DNA of 6,115 bases from a virus. The notes below the pieces were generated by a model that was not told the DNA's origin, searched no databases, and saw nothing but the letters and a program-made list of their open reading frames with translations. The position numbers and the translations under genes are program-made. The stretch spans positions 1-6,115 of IMG/VR virus record IMGVR_UViG_3300045988_005769, one strand, 5' to 3'. Below, piece after piece: positions 1-5,408 of this stretch; within the stretch, counting starts at the first letter, position 1; every line of letters starts with the position of its first letter.

Positions 1-99
1 GTTGTTCCTTCGTTGTTTGTTGCGTAAACTTCTACGCAAAGTTCGTTTGCAATTTTCTTAATGTTCATAATTTTTTGTTTTTAATGTTTCACGTGAAAC
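1..99. repeat. Terminal redundancy, copy 1 (identical to 6017..6115); circular-genome assembly overlap
   Basis: Bases 1-99 (gttgttccttcgttgtttgttgcg...atgtttcacgtgaaac) recur base for base at 6017-6115. This copy carries a duplicate of the first 68 nt of the 78-aa ORF on the minus strand (ATG = revcomp of 66-68). The full ORF is 5848..6084. The implied unit length is 6016 nt. Confidence 0.9.
86..99. repeat. Perfect 14-bp palindrome GTTTCACGTGAAAC, 17 nt upstream of the first ORF start; possible operator or leader hairpin (second copy at 6102..6115 in the overlap)
   Basis: gtttcac|gtgaaac is exactly self-complementary. The half-site GTTTCACG recurs on the gene-sense strand inside the 538..556 hairpin. 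Confidence 0.6.
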
Positions 100-127
100 G
101 GTTAATACTCTTTATTATTTATAAATT

Positions 128-246
128 GTAAGGTTAAGTTCATTTTCCATATATAGATTACCATTCTTTGATTGTTTCTTATCAGTTACCTTTAGTAAAT
201 TTTCATTACGCACCCTTATTCTCTATAAGTTTTTCCTTAACCTTAC
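128..246. repeat. Long-range perfect 11-bp inverted repeat (arms 128..138 gtaaggttaag and 236..246 cttaaccttac) enclosing 97 nt
   Basis: The reverse complement of 236..246 equals 128..138 exactly. Both arms lie in the AT-rich part of the main intergenic region, between the putative promoter and the first ORF. Confidence 0.55.
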
Positions 247-251
247 GTCTG

Positions 252-282
252 CAAAGATATGTACATTTTCTGATTCTCCAAA
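252..282 (-). promoter_or_regulatory. Candidate Bacteroidetes-type promoter (-33 TTTG / -7 TAnnTTTG) reading toward the 78-aa ORF
   Basis: The minus strand reads TTTG (282->279), then a 19-nt spacer GAGAATCAGAAAATGTACA (278->260), then TATCTTTG (259->252). This fits the published Bacteroides consensus TTTG-N19-21-TAnnTTTG. It is the only full match I found in the non-coding regions and has the correct orientation for the operon. Confidence 0.45.
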
Positions 283-344
283 TTTTCTCTGATTCTTATA
301 ACTTTTCTTAACGTTTTTATAGCGCGAGCGACAAATACAGGGTT

Positions 345-412
345 CTAGGGCGTTGCCCTAGAGCGTTAGCACCTTGATATCGCCAAAGGCGCATACCACG
401 ACCTTTTGGTCG
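345..412. other. Cluster of three tight GC-rich hairpins in a GC-rich island (candidate ssDNA structural element or complementary-strand origin)
   Basis: Hairpin 1 is 345..361, ctagggc-gtt-gccctag (7-bp stem, 3-nt loop). Hairpin 2 is 381..391, cgcc-aaa-ggcg (4-bp stem). Hairpin 3 is 399..412, cgacc-tttt-ggtcg (5-bp stem). The surrounding 321..430 is visibly more GC-rich than the rest of the AT-rich genome. Confidence 0.5.
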
Positions 413-515
413 GGTACACGCCTGTCCTTAATCTGTTATTGTAGGTAGCTGTCCTTCTGTCTTTCTCTACCCTTTCCTCCCTGTAAAATTAAAATAAAGC
501 TTGCTGCATAGTGTA

Positions 516-556
516 GTCCGTTTGTTACGGACAAGATGTTATCGTGAAACGATAAC
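516..556 (-). terminator. Tandem hairpins immediately downstream of the VP4 stop; possible operon terminator and/or origin hairpin
   Basis: Hairpin 538..556 is gttatcg-tgaaa-cgataac (7-bp stem) and overlaps the VP4 stop codon at 556-558 by 1 nt. Hairpin 516..532 is gtccgt-ttgtt-acggac (6-bp stem). On the gene-sense strand a U-rich stretch (...GCUUUAUUUUAAUUUU, revcomp of about 484-500) follows about 15 nt after the second hairpin. This is not a canonical stem plus immediate U-tract. Confidence 0.35.
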
Positions 557-1533
557 TAGAATGGACATTCTTCTGTTGATTGGAACATGTGGTTCTCCCA
601 CTTTTTCATTTCCTCTTGTTGTTTCTTTCGCTGTTTCTCTAGTCTTTTGAAGTACTTCTGTTTGTCCCAATTTTGTTCTTGGTGACCTTGTAATCTTATC
701 GCATCATGTCTTGCTTGCTCTAATAGTGCTTCATATTCTTCTGTGTTGTCAATTTTCACTTTTTGACCCATTACCCATACGATTCCTTTTTCTATTTTGT
801 CTATCCATAGTTTTTCACGTTCCTCTTCTGTAAATAGTTTGTTTCTATAATATGTGGGTAAGTTTATCTTTGCTCCGTTTCTTAATTTGTATGTTTCAAT
901 TGTTTCCCCTTTTTTATAAGTGTGTTTTTGTGCGTCCGAACGCTGTGTATATCCATGCCCGATGCCAGCTGAACACAGTATTTGACCAATGAATTCTTTG
1001 TGGTATTCGTCCGTCTTTGTAATATATTTTGTAATGTAGTTTATAGTCTTTTCGTTTACAAACGTTCCTGTGAACACTATCCCGTTTTGCCATTTTTCTT
1101 CTACTAACTTGTCCATACCTATTCCCCATACGAGTCCATGTAGGTGCATACGTTCTGTACCATTGTGTCCTAATTCTGTAATGAACCAGTGTTTTATCGA
1201 ATGTTTTAACTTTCGTCGGCATCTTTCTAGCATGAGGCGCATTGCCTTTGTTGCTATAGTATTTGGGTCTTCGCTGTTGCATAATTTTTTGTATTCTTCT
1301 AGTTTTTCTTCTGAAAAGGTTAGTGTCATAAAGTAAGCATTTGGATCATGTCTCAATTCCTCGCTCATGCGCACTAACCATTCTCTTTGTTTCTGTTTCC
1401 TACATTCCAAGCATTTTCCACAAGCTGCCGTAACGTATAACACCCTATAATCCTCACATTTTGGAGGATTCCAGTTGTTCTTCTTGTTTGGCAAGTATTT
1501 CTTGTTTTTAATTAACTTGGGATAGAGACACAT
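556..1533 (-). CDS. VP4: Rolling-circle replication initiation protein (Microviridae VP4 / phiX174 gpA family, HUH endonuclease)
   Basis: The 325-aa ORF carries the family hallmarks. These are a Cys cluster CGKCLECR (aa 38-45, nt 1399-1422), motif I FMTLTF, the HUH motif M-H-L-H-G (HLH = nt 1138-1146), and the double-tyrosine active site YITKYITK (nt 1015-1038; compare phiX174 gpA YVAKYVNK, recalled from memory). The start ATG lies 1 nt after the VP2 stop (TAA-A-ATG) with AGGA 7 nt upstream. Confidence 0.95.
   Translation of the reverse strand: MCLYPKLIKNKKYLPNKKNNWNPPKCEDYRVLYVTAACGKCLECRKQKQREWLVRMSEELRHDPNAYFMTLTFSEEKLEEYKKLCNSEDPNTIATKAMRLMLERCRRKLKHSIKHWFITELGHNGTERMHLHGLVWGIGMDKLVEEKWQNGIVFTGTFVNEKTINYITKYITKTDEYHKEFIGQILCSAGIGHGYTQRSDAQKHTYKKGETIETYKLRNGAKINLPTYYRNKLFTEEEREKLWIDKIEKGIVWVMGQKVKIDNTEEYEALLEQARHDAIRLQGHQEQNWDKQKYFKRLEKQRKKQQEEMKKWENHMFQSTEECPF
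914..1282 (-). CDS. Speculative overprinted ORF nested out of frame inside VP4; 122 aa, extremely basic
   Basis: This is the only same-strand alternative-frame ORF of 60 aa or more in the supplied track. By my count it has roughly 30 Arg+Lys against about 4 acidic residues. Its start context ACAAAAAATTATG (revcomp of 1280-1292) is identical to that of the first operon gene (revcomp of 66-78, equivalent to 6082-6094). I recognise no homology. Confidence 0.25.
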   Translation of the reverse strand: MQQRRPKYYSNKGNAPHARKMPTKVKTFDKTLVHYRIRTQWYRTYAPTWTRMGNRYGQVSRRKMAKRDSVHRNVCKRKDYKLHYKIYYKDGRIPQRIHWSNTVFSWHRAWIYTAFGRTKTHL

Positions 1534-1534
1534 T

Positions 1535-2479
1535 TTACTTTCCTATATTTAGCTTTTTTGCTAAGTGTGATAATTTTTTGATTCCTGTAAGTAATTCTCC
1601 TACTTCGCTGACACCTTTGATTCCCAAATCTACCCATCTTTGGATAATTTCGGTATCTTTTTGATCCAATTCGTAATCCTTTTGTTTCAATCTCTCAGCT
1701 ATAGCTTTTACTTCTTCTTTTTGGGTCTCGGTTTGCGCCATTTTGAGCATCGCTCCTGCCCATGTATCTACTAAGTTTGCTTTATACTGTTCGATTTGCA
1801 TTTCTGCTGTAGCATCACCGATTTTGTTTTCACGTTTGAGCATCGCTACTCTTTCTGACAGTTCTTCATAGCCTTTTTCTACCATTCGGATGTCCCATTG
1901 CACTTTTTGCAAGTTAAATTGCTCGGTATTAGCTAATGCTTCTTTAAGTACTGATTCTGATTGAGCAACTTCTGCTTCCCAATACAGTACGTTTTTCCGT
2001 TCTCTTTCCGAAAGTACTTGTGCTTCGCTTAATTTAATACCCATTTTTGCCGCTTCTGTGTCCACTCCTGCGGTTTTCTCTGCTTCAGCGGTATTCTTCT
2101 TTGCTACGGACTCGTTAACTTCAATTTGGCTCTTTAATTGCGCCAATTGCAAGGCCATTCCTATTTGCTGTGCTTTTACTGCTTCTTGGTTACTTGGCGA
2201 TAATCCTACTCCTTGTGCTTGTCCGCCACCTGTTTGACCTCCTGCTCCACCTTTGGCATACATTAGTGCAGGATTCAATCCTGCTTTCTTTAGGTGGTCT
2301 ACTTGATTTTCCCAGTTGGTGTAATCCCAATATTCCATCGCCAGTCCTTGACTGTACTTGGCTTGTTCTTTGTTGATCTGTGCTTGTCTCAGTTGTGCTT
2401 GCTCCTCGTTGTAACTTTGGTTACTTCCCGATTGTAAGGCTGATGCTGCACCGATAACTCCCATTATTGCTCCTAACAT
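1535..2479 (-). CDS. VP2: Minor capsid / DNA pilot protein (Microviridae VP2, functional analogue of phiX174 gpH)
   Basis: The 314-aa ORF has a Gly/Ala-rich hydrophobic N-terminus (MLGAIMGVIGAASALQSG). It also has the block I recognise from microvirus VP2 proteins (NQVDHLKKAGLNPALMY), a Gly-rich tract (GGAGGQTGGGQAQG), and a long heptad-like helical C-terminal half. It sits between the capsid region and rep, as in gokusho/alpavirus genomes. Confidence 0.85.
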   Translation of the reverse strand: MLGAIMGVIGAASALQSGSNQSYNEEQAQLRQAQINKEQAKYSQGLAMEYWDYTNWENQVDHLKKAGLNPALMYAKGGAGGQTGGGQAQGVGLSPSNQEAVKAQQIGMALQLAQLKSQIEVNESVAKKNTAEAEKTAGVDTEAAKMGIKLSEAQVLSERERKNVLYWEAEVAQSESVLKEALANTEQFNLQKVQWDIRMVEKGYEELSERVAMLKRENKIGDATAEMQIEQYKANLVDTWAGAMLKMAQTETQKEEVKAIAERLKQKDYELDQKDTEIIQRWVDLGIKGVSEVGELLTGIKKLSHLAKKLNIGK

Positions 2480-2580
2480 AACTTAATGATTTAAATTTAC
2501 ATTTTTCGCTCTTTTTTTAAAAAGAGTCTTACTATATACTTGATATAATATACCACATGCGTACCATTTGCGATTTTATT

Positions 2581-2604
2581 GAGGGAAATTTTTACATTTC
2601 CCTC
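2581..2604. other. Perfect 9-bp-stem hairpin (gagggaaat-ttttac-atttccctc) in the gap between the 107-aa ORF and VP2
   Basis: Read directly: 2581-2589 pairs perfectly with 2596-2604 around a 6-nt loop. Neither strand has an adjacent U/T tract, so it is not a classic intrinsic terminator. Confidence 0.6.
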
Positions 2605-2659
2605 GCAAATATCCTTGTGGTCTACCGGAAAAGTCGGATGACGTTCCCTTTAGGTTCCG

Positions 2660-2983
2660 CTAGTTTTCACTTGGTGTTCCACCTTCTAGTTTGTTCGGTA
2701 CATCTTTACCGAAATCTTCGGGCTTCACTCCTTGTTCTTTTTTGGCTTTTCTAGCTCTGTCCATCTTTTCCATTGCGGTCAGTGCTATGTCCCACCTGTC
2801 AGTTCTTGGATTGTATTCGGGTAATACACCGTCTTTTTTTTCCGTAAATATGATAGGTGCTCCATCCGTGATCGGTTCGTTGTTGTTAACTATTCTATTT
2901 ACTTTCTCTTCGATTGTTTCGCCTTCGAAACATTCGCATGGTTTCATTCTGTTTAAGAATGATGGTACTATTCTTGTTTTCAT
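2660..2983 (-). CDS. Hypothetical protein in the slot between VP1 and VP2; possible internal scaffolding (VP3-like) protein
   Basis: The 107-aa ORF starts 2 nt after the VP1 stop. It is a charged, hydrophilic protein (ITDGAPIIFTEKKDGVLPEYNPRTDRWDIALTAMEK...KAKKEQG). Coding status is supported by tight packing and strand. The scaffold assignment rests only on position and composition. Confidence 0.6.
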   Translation of the reverse strand: MKTRIVPSFLNRMKPCECFEGETIEEKVNRIVNNNEPITDGAPIIFTEKKDGVLPEYNPRTDRWDIALTAMEKMDRARKAKKEQGVKPEDFGKDVPNKLEGGTPSEN

Positions 2984-2985
2984 AA

Positions 2986-4947
2986 TTATAAATTTGGAAT
3001 TTGTTTTGCACTGATAAGTCTACGACATTTGATGTCAAATTTTGTTTGTACCCAAAAGTTCATTGCGTCTAGGTTCGTATCTGCGAATATATAATTAAAT
3101 TTCACAGGGTCGATGTACGTTGTCAAGTCGTTTATTGCTGTTGTTCCGAACGCTGTTCCTGATCGGTATTCGTAGTTTCTGTTCATTACCATGAATGCTT
3201 CAGAATTATTGTCAGCGAAATTTCCGAACGTTCTGTTTATGTTGGTCATGTAATTTATCCATGCTACTGTTTTACCTACTGCCGGTTGTTGGATTTGACC
3301 TGTTGTATTATATTGTCTGTCCCAAAATGCTCTTTGCCAGTTTACGCTATCTTGGTAGCCAATTCCGTCTAATGCCGGCTTGTGAATGTCATCTACTGTT
3401 TGGTGATATGCATAGAACTCGTTTCCTTGTGAGTAATCAATTCGTGGTGTGATTGATCCGATTCCTATGATATAGCATGGTTCTGTTACTTTGATTTTTA
3501 CGTGACCGCCTTTTTGTCTTTCTGTACTGATACCTCTACCTGCTAGTGTACCTAATGGTTCTTCTCCGCTTGCACTGTTGCTGATCACTTCTTGGAATAC
3601 GATTTCTTGTGACATACCTCCTTCGAATACAGGTGTTTCACATCTTTCCATATAGTTACCTCCCGTGAATACGGTTTCTAACCAATCACGATATGTACCA
3701 CCGCTTACCGCAATTCTGTTTAACATGTTGTAAACTTTTTGCGCTAGGTTCAGAGCGTCCATTGTCAGTTTTCCATCGGTTACATCTACAGCAGAGATTT
3801 CGTTGATACCTTGTACTCCTTCGATCCATTCGGTGTTGATCCAGTTTTGCAATAAATCGCTATTGTAGGTTTTTAATGCAAGTCCGAATTGGCTTGATGT
3901 AGTGTTCAGTAAACCTGTGGTCATTCTTTGCGTGAATGATTTTAACAGTGGTACATCATTACTGTTGTTTACGATGTATGCTGTATTTCCTTTTGTTAAG
4001 AGAATTTCGTCTCTTAGCTCATCCAATTGTTCTAGATTGTTGTCTGTAATTATAACTCTCTGCTTGGATGTCATACTCCTTAGTATGTATAGATCTTGAT
4101 TTGATGGTAGTTTATTGATTGCGAGATCTCCTCCATCTGCGTCGAAATCACCGATTTCTTCGGGTTTAAATGTTAGATATGTTTCTGATGCTGAACTGAA
4201 GAATGTTAATTCTAGATCATCGTTTTGAAATATACCTGCAGGCTGGAATTGTAGTGTTGATTTGTTGTTGATGATTGGTATTTGCATTTTGTCTGGATTA
4301 TCGCTTACGAATATATCCGTTCCTGTTGTTACTGTCACTTTTGTAACTTTAGGTGTTGCTCCGATTGTCCAAAATTTTTCTTCCTGTGTGTTTGCGTAGT
4401 AGTTTTTAAATATATCGTAGTAGCCGATTAGTGGTACTGCGTTTATGTCTATGTTGACATTTTGTCCTGTATCGCCGGTTACCATACCATAACCTCTTAC
4501 CCCTAGGTATGCTAATAAACAACTTGGATTGATTTGTGTCCATGGATGATTGTTGTTGGCTTGGTATGGATTATCTGCTATTGTTAGTGTTGCTCTCAGC
4601 TGTGGTAATTTGATTTGGCTCATATCGAGACCTACCTTTGTTCTGTTGTTGTGTAACCAGCTGTTATACAGTCGAATAGGTACTGTAAACAGGTGATTCT
4701 CATGTTTGAAGCTACCGAATAACGGCCCTACTGTTGGGTGAGTTAGTACATGACTTTCGATGTCAATGTCTAATGTATCTCCTTTTTGTGCCAGTAAACA
4801 TAAGGTTGGTACAAGTGTTCCCGGGCTTTGAGTGTTTCTAAATATGGTTGATAAGTCATGAGTTGACATGTTATATGTCCTCAGATCAACTTCCATTTTT
4901 TTGTTATCACCAATGGTGTTTTTACCAATGTTTTTTTTTAGTGTCAT
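2986..4947 (-). CDS. VP1: Major capsid protein (Microviridae VP1 / phiX174 gpF family)
   Basis: The 653-aa ORF has the N-terminal pattern typical of microvirus capsid proteins: HDLS...GTLVPT...KGDTLDIDIES...FTVPIRLYNSWLHNN (compare the family pattern xDLS..G.L.P...PGDT......FFVP.RL.W.NW). The size fits the long Alpavirinae-type VP1. A strong SD (GGAGGA, 4960->4955) lies 7 nt upstream of the ATG. Confidence 0.95.
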   Translation of the reverse strand: MTLKKNIGKNTIGDNKKMEVDLRTYNMSTHDLSTIFRNTQSPGTLVPTLCLLAQKGDTLDIDIESHVLTHPTVGPLFGSFKHENHLFTVPIRLYNSWLHNNRTKVGLDMSQIKLPQLRATLTIADNPYQANNNHPWTQINPSCLLAYLGVRGYGMVTGDTGQNVNIDINAVPLIGYYDIFKNYYANTQEEKFWTIGATPKVTKVTVTTGTDIFVSDNPDKMQIPIINNKSTLQFQPAGIFQNDDLELTFFSSASETYLTFKPEEIGDFDADGGDLAINKLPSNQDLYILRSMTSKQRVIITDNNLEQLDELRDEILLTKGNTAYIVNNSNDVPLLKSFTQRMTTGLLNTTSSQFGLALKTYNSDLLQNWINTEWIEGVQGINEISAVDVTDGKLTMDALNLAQKVYNMLNRIAVSGGTYRDWLETVFTGGNYMERCETPVFEGGMSQEIVFQEVISNSASGEEPLGTLAGRGISTERQKGGHVKIKVTEPCYIIGIGSITPRIDYSQGNEFYAYHQTVDDIHKPALDGIGYQDSVNWQRAFWDRQYNTTGQIQQPAVGKTVAWINYMTNINRTFGNFADNNSEAFMVMNRNYEYRSGTAFGTTAINDLTTYIDPVKFNYIFADTNLDAMNFWVQTKFDIKCRRLISAKQIPNL

Positions 4948-4950
4948 GGT

Positions 4951-5202
4951 TTATTCCTCCGTTTCTTGTACTTTTTGTTTTTTTAATTTATTTTCGAACT
5001 CAATCGCTTCTTTCATTGCAAAGAAGAATGCACTTACTAGATTCCAATCAGTTTTGTTGATTTTCATCTCTGCTGCTTTTCTACTCTTAAACACTTCTTC
5101 TGTTGCTAGATGATTACCAATTGTGATCATCCATTTCTCTCCGCTTTCATCAGTTGGTCTGATCTGAAAGCATTCTTTCATGTCTTTAAATTCTCTTTCC
5201 AT
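4951..5202 (-). CDS. Hypothetical protein (83 aa), immediately upstream of VP1
   Basis: It is on the gene-sense strand. Its start lies 2 nt after the upstream stop, and its stop lies 3 nt before the VP1 ATG. The acidic C-terminal codons (ETEE) contain the VP1 SD. I recognise no family. Confidence 0.65.
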   Translation of the reverse strand: MEREFKDMKECFQIRPTDESGEKWMITIGNHLATEEVFKSRKAAEMKINKTDWNLVSAFFFAMKEAIEFENKLKKQKVQETEE

Positions 5203-5204
5203 TG

Positions 5205-5408
5205 TTAATATTTTTTTGGATTAATGTTAATATGAGTACTATCCACCGAGCTAGTTGTCGTTTGTTCGGTTTTTTGAGTACTGTTACTATTATTTTTGCT
5301 GACACTTAGTGACATAGTACAACTTTGTGCTGTCAGTACTGCTGCAATACTGATAATTGCAGTGCAAATGATTTCTACGATTTTGTAAATGATTTTTTTC
5401 TTATCCAT
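5205..5408 (-). CDS. Small membrane or lipoprotein-like protein (67 aa); lysis or superinfection-exclusion candidate
   Basis: The N-terminus MDKKK is followed by a hydrophobic stretch IIYKIVEIICTAIISIAAVLTA, then QSC (Cys30), a loose lipobox-like site. A polar Ser/Thr/Asn-rich tail follows. Its ATG overlaps the upstream stop (ATGGATAA, 8-nt overlap). Confidence 0.6.
   Translation of the reverse strand: MDKKKIIYKIVEIICTAIISIAAVLTAQSCTMSLSVSKNNSNSTQKTEQTTTSSVDSTHININPKKY

Noticed and set aside
20-39. 7-bp-stem hairpin ttgcgta-aacttc-tacgcaa inside the 5' part of the 78-aa ORF (also at 6036..6055)
   Set aside because: One or two stems of this size are expected by chance in 6 kb. It lies in coding sequence (CVEVYA codons) and nothing else supports it.
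388-395. XerC/XerD dif-like site, which would explain integrase-free lysogeny as proposed for some microviruses
   Set aside because: Only GGCGCATA resembles the XerC arm of E. coli dif (GGTGCGCATAA). No matching central region or XerD arm (TTATGTTAAAT-like) follows. Other partial CATAA/TTAAT strings at 61-90 and 5209-5235 are just AT-rich sequence. I do not remember the Bacteroidetes dif consensus well enough to exclude a site.
321-430. Possible tRNA or structured ncRNA in the GC-rich island
   Set aside because: I cannot build a cloverleaf. There is no T-loop-like GGTTCRANYC element and no acceptor-stem pairing, and the hairpin spacing does not fit tRNA geometry. The region is better described as an ssDNA hairpin cluster. 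Only tRNAscan-SE or Infernal could settle this.
449-483. 35-nt polypyrimidine (CT-rich) tract with the repeat ctgtcctt at 422..429 and 449..456
   Set aside because: It is compositionally striking, but no ORF start, structure or known motif is attached to it. The GGAGG on the gene-sense strand (480->476) has no downstream ATG. It is too weak to interpret.
2547-2555. Sigma70-style extended -10 (TGGTATATT on the minus strand) about 68 nt upstream of VP2
   Set aside because: There is no convincing -35 element. AT-rich sequence produces TATAAT-like strings readily, and a sigma70-type promoter would not be the relevant architecture if the host is Bacteroidetes. It is left as a remark under the 2480..2659 finding.
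4931-4939. A9 homopolymer (T9 on the plus strand) at VP1 codons 3-6; also A8 at 2834..2841 in the 107-aa ORF
   Set aside because: Both are explained by Lys (AAA) codons in an A-rich coding strand. There is no evidence of phase variation or programmed slippage. They matter only as possible sequencing-error hotspots and for choosing the VP1 start (in-frame Met18 and Met27 exist downstream).
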